Shown: positions 36,324-45,818 of the stretch, piece after piece | How positions within the stretch are numbered: position 1 is the first letter of the stretch | Layout of the letters: each line of letters begins with the position of its first letter | Virus record (IMG/VR): IMGVR_UViG_3300017716_001756 | Span: 15,047-79,046 of that record | Length of the DNA stretch: 64,000 nt | Direction: 5' to 3' (one strand) | Source of the DNA: a virus | Taxonomy: Duplodnaviria > Caudoviricetes | Translations under genes and position numbers: made by a program | Notes under the pieces: model-generated | What the model was told of the DNA's origin: nothing | Seen by the model: only the letters and a program-made list of their open reading frames with translations | Databases searched by the model: none

Positions 36324-37770
36324 TCTAGCCTACATGATTCATAAGGGTCGAGGTCTCTTCATGCACGATCCGGGAGTTGGATAGCCCGAAAGGGCACATG
36401 GAAAAACCCCCCCCGCCTGTATCTTCATCTATTATGTCTGGGCCAAGCATAGGGCTAAGACACAGTGGGCAATGCCTACACATTTGATGAAGAAGAACAA
36501 GGCCGAACTACTGCGATGGAGTAATTTCAGGGATGAAGAGATTGTCATTGTGGACGGTACCGCAAAGCAGCGAGACGCTCTGCGTAACAATAGTGTTGCC
36601 AAGGTATTCATTACTTCTTTCCCCGAACTTACCCGCAAGGATAAGCAGAAGGTTCCTGCTTGGCAAAAGTTCCCCGGCACCGATCTGATAGTTATCGACG
36701 AATTCCAGAAGTATTTCTCGAATCACGATAGCCCCTCTACTCAAGAGCTTTACCGATGCATGAAGAGCAAGAAATTCTTCCTCGGCATGAGCGGTACCGT
36801 GATGAAGGGAAGACTGGACAGCGCCTACCCGATGATTCAAATCATCGCCCCACAATACTACGGGAACTATTGGGACTTCTTGATGCAACACGCTATCAAG
36901 GATTTCTGGGGTAAGGTTATTGGATGGAGAAACCATGAGAAGCTTAAACAAGTCCTCTATAGGATCGGTCGTCGTACATCTTTTGAAGATGTTTTTGGCA
37001 AGAGAGATATCGTTTTCTTTATTGAGGAAATTGATATGGGACTCGGTCAGAAAAAACTATACGACCAATTCAAATCCATGGGGATGGTTGAGCTTGAGAA
37101 AGTCGTCCTCGAAGGGTCGAACGAAGGCGTAAACCTTCTAAGACTCCGACAGATTCTGGCACACCCCGAACGAATCTCTGTCCCGATGGAGAGAGATAAG
37201 GACGGAAAGATTACTAGGTTTGAAGTCGTCGATGCCTCAGGGAGCGTTGACACGGAACGTGACGAACGTATCAAGCTTCATATCCAAGACCACCTCGATA
37301 CCAAGGAGCCACTTGTTATCGTATCGACCTTGATTCCCGAGCAAGAGCGTCTATATAAGCTCGCAACCAGCATGGGGATGAAGACGGCCCTCATCAATTC
37401 CAACACGCCTAACAGCACCCGATGGAAGATTGACGAGGACTTTCAGGCTGGAAGACTTCAGTGCGTGGTAGGTTCGCCCACCACTATGGGCACAGGCTTC
37501 AATTGGTCGCACATCAACCATATCCTTTTTGCAGGATTGGATTTTGCGACTGATGATTTCATTCAGATGCTGATGCGAGCCTTCCGGGGCAAGCGGAATC
37601 AGCCTCTGAAGGCCACACTGATTCAATACAAGAATTCTGTGGAGCAGCACTTGGATAAGGTACACGACGAGAAGAGCCGACAGTCGAGCATTGTCGATCC
37701 TACTTATCTCACACTGAACCTGAGCGGGCATCATAGAACACCTGAAAATGGGGTCTTCGTGAGCGGTTGA
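36286..37770 (+). CDS. SF2 (SNF2/DEAD-like) helicase interrupted by a 21-nt in-frame coding gap (36382-36402)
   Basis: ATG 36286: Q motif LRDYQ, HDPGVG-[TAG...GGA]-KT, motif Ia WAMPTHL, II IDEFQ, III SGT, V GTGFN, VI QMLMRAFR; 487 aa if the gap is skipped. Confidence 0.85.
36379..36402 (+). other. Candidate programmed ribosomal bypass element
   Basis: GGA(take-off) TAG CCC GAAA GGGC ACAT GGA(landing); hairpin GCCC-GAAA-GGGC. Confidence 0.75.
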
Positions 37771-37795
37771 CAAAGACCCACACGGTCCCCATATT
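37767..37795 (+). promoter_or_regulatory. Sigma70-type promoter
   Basis: TTGACA-17 nt-CATATT upstream of the gene at 37853. Confidence 0.65.
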
Positions 37796-37852
37796 AGTTC
37801 GGCCTTAGGGCTAGAACTTGAAACTACGAATACGAAAAAGGAAATTGAAACT

Positions 37853-38512
37853 ATGAACGATATTGATAATCTCATCGCGCAAGCTGAAGATCGTGGCAGC
37901 GAAGTTGCCCAAAATGCTCCCCAAAATAACGCTGTAGCCGTGCGGACTGAGCCCAATGCTCTGGCCCGTCGCCCTTCGCTCGACAACCTGATGAACTCAG
38001 GCATGAGCGTTGATGACTACATCAAGGTGAGCGAACACGGTCTGTCGGTCGTCGTCGAAAACAAATCGACGCTGTTCGATGAAGTCCAAGCGGTCCTCGA
38101 TATGACCGAAGTTGTCTCCACTGAGGCGATCAAGTTCGGCAACCCGCCGACCTACTTCAAGACCATGGATGGTCTCGTCTGCGCCGATGGTCGCACGACT
38201 TGGACCCAAGCTATCGAGAAGGGTGCCGCGTACAATCCGCCCGCCACTCCGTACTCGTCGGCTGATATCCCGTTCACGATCACGACTCCGATTGTGGACA
38301 AAAAGGGCGCTGTCGTTTACGACACTGGTACCCGTCTGGGCTACTCGCTGTCTACTACGAACCGCGAAGCCTTCGCTCGCTTCCTCCGTGAAGTGAACGA
38401 GAACAATCTGCGCCATGAACGGGTCCGAGTGAAGATTGGCTACGAAGCCAAATCCAACAAGGATTACACTTGGGGCATCGTGACCTTCGAACTGCTTGGC
38501 GTTGCTGAGTAA
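37853..38512 (+). CDS. Putative ssDNA-binding/replication accessory protein
   Basis: 219 aa, strong RBS, own promoter and terminator, located in the replication block; function inferred. Confidence 0.5.
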   Translation: MNDIDNLIAQAEDRGSEVAQNAPQNNAVAVRTEPNALARRPSLDNLMNSGMSVDDYIKVSEHGLSVVVENKSTLFDEVQAVLDMTEVVSTEAIKFGNPPTYFKTMDGLVCADGRTTWTQAIEKGAAYNPPATPYSSADIPFTITTPIVDKKGAVVYDTGTRLGYSLSTTNREAFARFLREVNENNLRHERVRVKIGYEAKSNKDYTWGIVTFELLGVAE

Positions 38513-38533
38513 CCCAAGGTCCATGACAGACTG

Positions 38534-38562
38534 AATGGCGGGCTTCGGCCCGCCATTTTCTT
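38534..38562 (+). terminator. Rho-independent terminator
   Basis: AATGGCGGGC-TTCG-GCCCGCCATT followed by TTCTTT. Confidence 0.9.
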
Positions 38563-38620
38563 TAGGAAAATCAAATGATGGAATTTATTCTAGGAATGCT
38601 GGTGTTCTGGCTCTTCTTCT

Positions 38621-38932
38621 GTGAGCAATGTCCGCGTCGTGTTTGACCTATTTGACGCCGATTTCGCTGAGATTGAAGCAAGAGTTCTAGCAACCTCGAC
38701 CGAAGACCGAGACTACGGAGAAGTCCGTCGTGTGGTTTCGGACGTTGAAGAAACTGTAGACGACAGACTCGACGCAAAAGAAACAATCACCCGCCGTAAA
38801 CTGGCTTACGCTCTCTATCGAGAAGATGCCTACACCTACGGCACCAAACCGGTCTCTGAGAGAGACCTTCCCAAGCTCGATCATCATACCTACATGATGA
38901 AAGCTGGCAGGATTATAGGATTTTCAAGGTAG
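38621..38932 (+). CDS. Hypothetical protein (contains DFAEIEARVLA)
   Basis: 103-aa ORF; start uncertain. Confidence 0.5.
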   Translation: MSNVRVVFDLFDADFAEIEARVLATSTEDRDYGEVRRVVSDVEETVDDRLDAKETITRRKLAYALYREDAYTYGTKPVSERDLPKLDHHTYMMKAGRIIGFSR

Positions 38933-38933
38933 T

Positions 38934-39377
38934 TCAAACGTTAAATGAGTTACCCTTTTCAACGTTGGCTTTAGCAGTTAGGTACTGGAAGTTCTGAACT
39001 GTGTGAAGTCCACAAACGTTCTTCCCCTTGAGAGGAATCACATGATCAACATGGTGTCCTTCAGGACAGGCTTCATAGAAAGCTTTGATCGCTTCTTGAT
39101 CTGCCCATTTAGGTGTTTGATTTTTGGTTCTTAGACGACGAGCGTTAGTATGGTAGTTGACGAGACCCTTGTTGGCTTTTTTCCATTTAGGTCCGTAAGC
39201 TTTCATATAATCAGCATGATATCCCTTGTTGGCCCTGAAGAATTTTAATGTCCGTTCCTTATTACACACGACGCAATCGTTGTTGCTGACGTAGCGACCA
39301 GAATCGTGTCTGTACTTACAGACTTTTCCTGACGTATAAATGTTTGAGCCAGCGGCTATTGCTTCTGTCTTGGTCAT
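38934..39377 (-). CDS. HNH endonuclease inserted antisense to the replication operon
   Basis: CKYRH...CVVC and HVDHVIP...CGLHTVQNFQYL...N..KGN. Confidence 0.85.
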   Translation of the reverse strand: MTKTEAIAAGSNIYTSGKVCKYRHDSGRYVSNNDCVVCNKERTLKFFRANKGYHADYMKAYGPKWKKANKGLVNYHTNARRLRTKNQTPKWADQEAIKAFYEACPEGHHVDHVIPLKGKNVCGLHTVQNFQYLTAKANVEKGNSFNV

Positions 39378-39410
39378 CCCCTATCTTAACATCTGAAAAC
39401 GAGAAAACAA

Positions 39411-40244
39411 ATGGTTACTTATACACTCATTGATGGGTCGAACTGGCTCCGTCGCAAGTTTGAGGAAGACCGGAATATCTCCGGTCTCCGTGCCAGCGTT
39501 AACGCACTCCGCAGCGAAATTGCACGACCGGGAAATCAGGTCGTCTTCTTCTGGGATGGTAGTGGTGGCAACGATTATCGCAAGGCGATCTTCCCCGACT
39601 ATAAGGGCAACCGAGACAAGACCAACGATGGTCTTGAAGAGTTCTATATCCAGCAAAGAATTTTCCGTGAGATTGTGAGGAATCTTCCGATCCCCTACTT
39701 CCGCACCGATGGATATGAGGCCGACGATATCATCGCGGCTTTCGCCAGCGTCCTCCCCCCCGAATCCAAGGTTCATATCAAGTCCACAGATAAGGACTTC
39801 GAACAAATCCCCGGATCGACTCATGAAGGTAAGACCATTACTGAAGTCTTGCAGAAAGAAATCGATGCTGCTGCTGCAAAAGGTAAGCCGATTGTTGGCG
39901 CTGATCCTGTCGTCACTTCGGACCTTGTTATTCCCTTCAAGGTCATGGTTGGAGATAAGTCAGACAATATCCCCGGTATACCCGGCTTCGGAGCCAAGAG
40001 GTGGCTGTTGTCTGACAAGGCAGCTATCGATAGATGGTTCCGATCCGACTTCGATCCAATCTGTGTCCCCGAAATGTCCGACAAACTCCAACTGTGGTGT
40101 GCTGAGAACAGGGACTTGCTCCGTGCGATGAGAGACATTTGTAGGTTCCGAACCATTGACAAAGAACTGCTCAACACTCATATGAAAATGGGTGTTGATA
40201 ACCCCTCTGCCGTCGAGCAGATTTTGAAAGAGAACTTGGCCTAA
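39411..40244 (+). CDS. 5'-3' exonuclease / FEN (PolI N-terminal-like)
   Basis: LIDGSN, WDG, YKGNR, YEADDIIA, STDKDFEQI, GDKSDNIPGIPGFG. Confidence 0.92.
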   Translation: MVTYTLIDGSNWLRRKFEEDRNISGLRASVNALRSEIARPGNQVVFFWDGSGGNDYRKAIFPDYKGNRDKTNDGLEEFYIQQRIFREIVRNLPIPYFRTDGYEADDIIAAFASVLPPESKVHIKSTDKDFEQIPGSTHEGKTITEVLQKEIDAAAAKGKPIVGADPVVTSDLVIPFKVMVGDKSDNIPGIPGFGAKRWLLSDKAAIDRWFRSDFDPICVPEMSDKLQLWCAENRDLLRAMRDICRFRTIDKELLNTHMKMGVDNPSAVEQILKENLA

Positions 40245-40588
40245 TGAACGCTGGCGTACAACTCACAGGAATTATCCAACCCTCCCCGGATATGATCTAC
40301 GACCAAAATTATGAGACCGGAGAAACAATTCTCCCCCTCGTAGAGGGGCAGTGGACTATATTCAGTGTGCAGCCGATCTTTACTCAAAAAGATGAAACCC
40401 TTCCTATCCAGCGGGACTACCATGCAGGACACCCTGCGGGTAGTCGTTGCCAAGTAACTTGGCTTGCTGCCGATCAGGTGGCCTACAAACACAGTGTTGG
40501 ACTCTTCCTCGCTCAACAAGAAAAACAACGGCAAGCACAGATTGCCCAATCCTCCAAGCCTAAGCTCGTACTGCCCCAACTAGGATAA
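40244..40588 (+). CDS. Hypothetical protein
   Basis: 114 aa, TAATG overlap. Confidence 0.55.
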   Translation: MNAGVQLTGIIQPSPDMIYDQNYETGETILPLVEGQWTIFSVQPIFTQKDETLPIQRDYHAGHPAGSRCQVTWLAADQVAYKHSVGLFLAQQEKQRQAQIAQSSKPKLVLPQLG

Positions 40589-40593
40589 AGATC

Positions 40594-41088
40594 ATGTGGA
40601 AAGCTGCCGCAATCGCAGCGCACGGCGACCAGCGTTACGGAAACAAACCGTATTGGCGTCACCTTCAGGACGTTGAAGACGTTCTGAAGGACTTTGGATT
40701 CGTATCATCTGACTACCAAGCAGCCGCTTGGCTTCACGATGTAGTCGAAGATACTGCGATCACCATCGACGATATTCATAACCAATTTGGTAAGGAAGTT
40801 TCTCGGTTGGTGTGGGCAGTCACGGGTGAAGGGCATAACCGCCGAGCCCGACAAGCCAGCATCATGAAAAAGCTCCACAACACGAAGGAAGCTTGCCCCC
40901 TGAAACTGGCAGATAGAATCGCTAACCTTGAGGCCGCTGTCCAAGAAGGCAACGTCCAAGGGAAGTTTGCGATGTACCATAAGGAACAGGCAGAATTCGC
41001 GAAGGTGGTCCAGAAACACGTTCCCGCTGAAATGTGGGACCGTTTGGTTCGCCTCTTTGACTATGCCGCAGCAAAAGGATGGGTCTAA
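40594..41088 (+). CDS. HD-domain (p)ppGpp hydrolase-like protein (small alarmone hydrolase/Mesh1 type)
   Basis: AHGDQRY...PYWRHL, AAWLHDVVEDT, LKLADRIANL. Confidence 0.85.
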   Translation: MWKAAAIAAHGDQRYGNKPYWRHLQDVEDVLKDFGFVSSDYQAAAWLHDVVEDTAITIDDIHNQFGKEVSRLVWAVTGEGHNRRARQASIMKKLHNTKEACPLKLADRIANLEAAVQEGNVQGKFAMYHKEQAEFAKVVQKHVPAEMWDRLVRLFDYAAAKGWV

Positions 41089-41339
41089 TGACTCTTATCG
41101 GAAAACATATTCTGACTCTCGACGATATCTCTCACGTTATCTACGATAAAGGGAAAGACGAGTACACGCTTATCAACGAACACGGCCTTCCGTTCGTTTC
41201 CAACTTGAAGCTGGACGCTAATGAGTATGAGCAACTGTTGGTCGAGCTTGGCGTGGAATTCGATTTCCCACACACCGATATCGCTTGGGACGATTCCTCA
41301 GGACATTTCGTTACGGAGTGTCCGACTGATGGTTCCTAA
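41088..41339 (+). CDS. Hypothetical protein
   Basis: 83 aa, coupled. Confidence 0.5.
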   Translation: MTLIGKHILTLDDISHVIYDKGKDEYTLINEHGLPFVSNLKLDANEYEQLLVELGVEFDFPHTDIAWDDSSGHFVTECPTDGS

Positions 41340-41892
41340 CCCTTATTCAATCCGAACCCGGAGCGGCAGCTTTCTGGATTTCCAGAACCCTCAACCAGAT
41401 GCGATTCATCTGGAAGATATCGCTGTCGCTCTGTCCCGAGCCCCTCGTTTCAACGGCCACACTGGCCCCTTCTACAGTGTGGCCCAACACGCAGTCTTCG
41501 TAGCACGGTTCATTGATAGGGATAGGGATCAAGTTTCGCCAGTCAGCAAGTACGGGCTTCATCACGACGATAGTGAAGCCTATCTAGCCGACGTTCCTAC
41601 GCCAGCAAAGCGGCTGATGCCGGAGTATTACGCTCTTGAAATGAAAGTCATGAGTGCCGTAGCGACCAAGTTTGATTTGCCACAAGATTTCCAGACCCAT
41701 GGGCTTGTGATCGAAGCTGATCGAGCCATGTTGTTCATGGAACGGGATCAGATGATCGATGATACGGTTCGATGGACTAACGAGGACCAACACCCCGGCC
41801 TCAAATTACTCGAAGTCTTCCCTGATTGGGAGCCTTGGAGCAGCGAAAAAGCCGCCAGTATTTTTTATTCCGAAGCATTGATGAGGAACTGA
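41329..41892 (+). CDS. HD-domain 5'-deoxynucleotidase (YfbR/YfdR-like)
   Basis: EDIAVALSRAPRFNGH, YSVAQHAV, LHHDDSEAYLADVPTPAK, EADRAML. Confidence 0.85.
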   Translation: MVPNPYSIRTRSGSFLDFQNPQPDAIHLEDIAVALSRAPRFNGHTGPFYSVAQHAVFVARFIDRDRDQVSPVSKYGLHHDDSEAYLADVPTPAKRLMPEYYALEMKVMSAVATKFDLPQDFQTHGLVIEADRAMLFMERDQMIDDTVRWTNEDQHPGLKLLEVFPDWEPWSSEKAASIFYSEALMRN

Positions 41893-42038
41893 TGTATAAA
41901 GAAAAAGAAGACTATATGGAATTCCTAAACGGTCAGGAAGCTTACGACCGTGGGGACGAACGGGATGACACCCAGAGCCTTATGTGGGTTTCTGGATGGG
42001 ATGAGGCTGAACGTCTTGACCCTCAGCAACAATTGTAA
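41892..42038 (+). CDS. RMF-like small protein
   Basis: GQEAYDRG...WVSGWDEA. Confidence 0.4.
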   Translation: MYKEKEDYMEFLNGQEAYDRGDERDDTQSLMWVSGWDEAERLDPQQQL

Positions 42039-42091
42039 TCGCCCCCTAAAGCATTCCCTAGACCCTCACGTCAGGCATCTGGCGGAGACAC

Positions 42092-42490
42092 ATGAGCCCT
42101 ACAATAAGGATCAATCAGATGAAACAAGACCAAATCAAATACGTCCGCGCGAGAGCGGAGAGCATTCTGGCCCAGAAACAAGCGAATCTTAAAAGGAAAC
42201 ACACTACCGGAGCCATCACACTGAGCAATCGTGAGAAGGCTCAAGCCATCCAAGATGGGGAATTCACCATCGATGTTGAAGCTGCGAGCGATGACCGCTA
42301 CGGCAACCAATGGTACGGTCTCATCAAGTTCCCGGCGGAACGTTACCAAAGCTTTGACCAAGATGAATACAATAAAATCAATGCCCCGCTCGTCGTCGCC
42401 TACAACAAACTGCTGGATGAACTGATGCTTGGGGACAACACTCAGGCTCTGGAACTTCTGCGGGCTTTTGAGGCTCTTAGTGACTCCTAA
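42092..42490 (+). CDS. Hypothetical protein
   Basis: 132-aa ORF. Confidence 0.6.
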   Translation: MSPTIRINQMKQDQIKYVRARAESILAQKQANLKRKHTTGAITLSNREKAQAIQDGEFTIDVEAASDDRYGNQWYGLIKFPAERYQSFDQDEYNKINAPLVVAYNKLLDELMLGDNTQALELLRAFEALSDS

Positions 42491-42582
42491 CGAGTTCAAC
42501 AGGCAAACCGCCCAGACTCTGATTCATCTAGCCTCCGACCTGTTGAGTGGTAAATACCAAGCCTCTCAATGGGAAGGTGGTG

Positions 42583-42834
42583 ATGAAGACAGCGGAGAAT
42601 TTTATGTCCGATACTACCGCCACAACCCCTGCAAATTTCAGGCTGATATATCCTAACCTCTTCATAGCTCTGGCTCTCGATTATAGTCACAGTAAGGATT
42701 GGGGTTACATTTACGCCATCATGTTGGGCGACACCAATTCAATGCGATTGTTCCGAGGAACAGGCAAAACCAAAGAGGAAGCTATCAATGAAGCACTCCG
42801 ATCATACGAAAACGAATTTCATTCTAAGCACTGA
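42583..42834 (+). CDS. Hypothetical protein
   Basis: 83-aa ORF; start uncertain. Confidence 0.45.
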   Translation: MKTAENFMSDTTATTPANFRLIYPNLFIALALDYSHSKDWGYIYAIMLGDTNSMRLFRGTGKTKEEAINEALRSYENEFHSKH

Positions 42835-43237
42835 GACAAAATACGGCGTTGAATATGTAGGCTATTACGACCTCCCTGATGGTCGTGAGGGCATCTATGT
42901 ATTCTATCAAAAGAATCCCCGTACCGATCTTGGTCACAGCAATTACATGGGGGTCTTCTTCGATGTAACTCAAGGATGGTTCGTTACGAATGCTAAATCA
43001 ATCGTTCAAGCTAGGTTCCCCGCTATCCAGCTTCCGAACGGTAAATTCATTGTCTCTCGCTATCGTCATGATTTCGTTCAGGACGAAGACACAGGAAAAT
43101 TTATTGATGGTGGATTGGATTACACCCGTAGTAATTCAGCAGTGAATGCCTATATGAACATCATAGATGGTAAGGAAATTTTTTATGCAAACGCCCCCAC
43201 ACGACAAGATCAGATCGGTACTGATCGACCGGCGTAA
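42788..43237 (+). CDS. Hypothetical protein (SRYRHDF...FIDGGLDY motif)
   Basis: 149-aa ORF. Confidence 0.6.
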   Translation: MKHSDHTKTNFILSTETKYGVEYVGYYDLPDGREGIYVFYQKNPRTDLGHSNYMGVFFDVTQGWFVTNAKSIVQARFPAIQLPNGKFIVSRYRHDFVQDEDTGKFIDGGLDYTRSNSAVNAYMNIIDGKEIFYANAPTRQDQIGTDRPA

Positions 43238-45818
43238 CTTCCGGGGGTTCAAAGATTTTCTGCTTAAACTCATGGCCAAGCCGGAACTCACCGGCATTGA
43301 CCTTGAGACCCATAACGATAACGCCCACGCGGGCATCAAACAGTACGACGAAGACGGTGTCTTCGATCTTCGTCGTACTGTCATCACTGGTTTCTCCCTC
43401 TACAAGGACGGTGAGAACGAAGCTTACTATTTCAATCTGGAACAGGCTGACGTAGAGAATCGGCTGACTTGGGAAGAAGTAAAACCTGTTCTTGAGGCGA
43501 ACGCCAGTGGTCTGTGGATAGCTCACAACGCCACGTTTGAACGTACCATGCTGTTGTCCGTGAAGGATTACCAGCTTGATGATGAGCGCCTGATCGACAC
43601 CATGCAAATGGCAGTGTCGAACCATAATCGCGACGAATATTCTATTGAGTCTCTCGTCAGCACCGGCATTGAGGCGTTTGCTCCGATCATTCCGAAGGCG
43701 GCTGTAGCCTTTGCCGAATTCGCTGGCCGTAATCATATGACCAGCGAACAATCTGAGGTTCTCGGCCAAGTCATTGGCAAATCCTCCAAGGCGGCGTTCA
43801 GTTATAACGGCTTGGTCAAGAGCATCGCTTACGGCTATGGCCTCAAGCAGATCGTTGAACGTTTCTTCGGGGTCAAGATGACGACCTACGAGGAAGTGCT
43901 GCGTGGGCGTAAGCACATGGGCCTTCTTACGGGTGACGAAGTTGTCGAGTATGGTGCCGATGATGCCTATTGGGCAGTGCGTGTCTTCAAGGAACTGAAG
44001 GACCGGATGCTGGAAAGCAACCCGCTGGTTCTCAAGACGTTCCTGACGCAAGAGAATCCGATGATCAAAGTGTACTCCGATGTTTGGAGACATGGGGTTC
44101 GCATCAATACCCCTAACGTCAAGGCCCGACAGGCAGTTGAGCGTGATGCTTACGCTATGAAGTTGCGTGAGCTTCGTCCCGTGATTCGGGGGCTTCTGCC
44201 GTTTGACGAAGCTCCCCACGCAGGGTTGGCTAAGGACGACAAGTCCTATATGAGAAACGAAGCTTACAAGAAATACCGTAAGCGTATCGAAGATTGGGCA
44301 AACACTGACGACAGTGGTATGACCAACTACGAAGTCAGTAAGCAAGTCTCCGGTGCGGTTTCAGAGTCGTGGACCTATGAGCACGACGATAAGAACGGCG
44401 ACCTTAACTTCGCCTACTGGATGACGCAGCGCGTCTTGATGTACGACCTGTTCCGTATCCCTGTGCTCAAGTACAAGGGTAAGGTACAGTCGGACGCCGA
44501 CGCCCGTGGTAAGCTCATGGAGAAAATGAGCGGTGAAAAGCTTGCCGCCATGAGGATTCTCAATGAAATGGTGGGTATTGAGCAGCGCATGAAGCTGTAT
44601 CTCAATCCTTATCTGATGCTTCTTGATCCTGAAACTGATAGAATCTATCCGCAGCTTTCGTCTATGCTAAACACTCGGCGCATGGGTACTTCGTTCCCCA
44701 ATCCTATGCAGCTTAGCAAGCGTGGTGAGAGTACCTATATTCGAGGATTCTATCTACCCGATGAAGAAGACCACGTTATTGTTTCATTGGATTGGTCTAG
44801 CTTTGAGCTTGTTATCATTGGTGAGCTTAGTGGTGATCCTGAATTTGCCCGTAATTTTTCACAGCTTCCCTTTGGCGACCTCCATACTGGCGCTGCTGTC
44901 GATTGCCTACGGGTCACGATACCGGAACTCACGCTAGACCTGTTTAACAATCTGGACACTCTGTCCATTGAGGAAATCAATGCTATTAACCCGAAGATTC
45001 TTATCGATCCATCGGGTAATAGTATGGACCCCAAGAAGGCCAAGAAGTTCTGGCGAACTGTCGTCGGCAAAGGAGCCAACTTCAACTACTTCTACTCTGG
45101 TGCCCTCTCCACTGTTGGAGACACGCTAGGCTGGTCGTCTGATACCATGTGGGAAGCGACGGATAGATACCGTCAACGCTTCGCAGTGGCTGAAGCGTGG
45201 CGCGTTGATACCATCCAGCGTCTGCAACGTGACGGCTATCTGACCCTGCCTGACGGCCACCGTAGGGTTCGTTATGAGGCTACCCAAGAGTGGGCCAGCT
45301 TCATGAAGAACCAGTTCTCTCAGAAGCAACAGTATCTTGGCCTCCAAACCAAGGCACTGACCACCTTCGGGGGGCTTGTTATCAAGTCCTTGCAGTCCAG
45401 AGCCAACAACCAAGGTGTAAACGCACTGGTGCAAGGCACTAACGCCTTCATCGCCAAGCGTTCCATCCTCAGGATCATCCCTGCGGCTACGGCTGCTGGT
45501 TTGAGGTTCCGTTTCATGTTCCCTGTTCACGACGAGCTTGTCTGGTCAGTTCATAGGGACGATGTTGCAGCTTTCATTCAGATCGCTCGCGCCATTATGA
45601 CGGATCACCCTGATATCTTCCCGACCCTGAAGCTAGATTGTACTCCCTCTGTTGGTCGTACCTTCGAGCCTTGGGACGCTAAGAAAGCCCCTGTGGGTCA
45701 GATTGAGCTTGCAGAAATCCAAGCTGATATGTTCGGGTTCAAGAGGAACCAGAACATTGTAGAAGACACTAACGCTATCCAAGAAATTGTAAGGAACCTA
45801 TATGAAAAACGGACCTGA
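43185..45818 (+). CDS. polA: Family A DNA polymerase with 3'-5' exonuclease
   Basis: ExoI GIDLETH, ExoII AHNATFE, ExoIII YGADDA; motif A DWSSFEL, motif B KGANFNYFY, motif C VHDEL. Confidence 0.95.
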   Translation: MQTPPHDKIRSVLIDRRNFRGFKDFLLKLMAKPELTGIDLETHNDNAHAGIKQYDEDGVFDLRRTVITGFSLYKDGENEAYYFNLEQADVENRLTWEEVKPVLEANASGLWIAHNATFERTMLLSVKDYQLDDERLIDTMQMAVSNHNRDEYSIESLVSTGIEAFAPIIPKAAVAFAEFAGRNHMTSEQSEVLGQVIGKSSKAAFSYNGLVKSIAYGYGLKQIVERFFGVKMTTYEEVLRGRKHMGLLTGDEVVEYGADDAYWAVRVFKELKDRMLESNPLVLKTFLTQENPMIKVYSDVWRHGVRINTPNVKARQAVERDAYAMKLRELRPVIRGLLPFDEAPHAGLAKDDKSYMRNEAYKKYRKRIEDWANTDDSGMTNYEVSKQVSGAVSESWTYEHDDKNGDLNFAYWMTQRVLMYDLFRIPVLKYKGKVQSDADARGKLMEKMSGEKLAAMRILNEMVGIEQRMKLYLNPYLMLLDPETDRIYPQLSSMLNTRRMGTSFPNPMQLSKRGESTYIRGFYLPDEEDHVIVSLDWSSFELVIIGELSGDPEFARNFSQLPFGDLHTGAAVDCLRVTIPELTLDLFNNLDTLSIEEINAINPKILIDPSGNSMDPKKAKKFWRTVVGKGANFNYFYSGALSTVGDTLGWSSDTMWEATDRYRQRFAVAEAWRVDTIQRLQRDGYLTLPDGHRRVRYEATQEWASFMKNQFSQKQQYLGLQTKALTTFGGLVIKSLQSRANNQGVNALVQGTNAFIAKRSILRIIPAATAAGLRFRFMFPVHDELVWSVHRDDVAAFIQIARAIMTDHPDIFPTLKLDCTPSVGRTFEPWDAKKAPVGQIELAEIQADMFGFKRNQNIVEDTNAIQEIVRNLYEKRT

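Noticed and set aside
36472-37770. 432-aa helicase as given by the ORF track
   Set aside because: It lacks the Q motif and Walker A, which lie upstream in the same frame beyond the TAG at 36382, so this start is probably not the true one.
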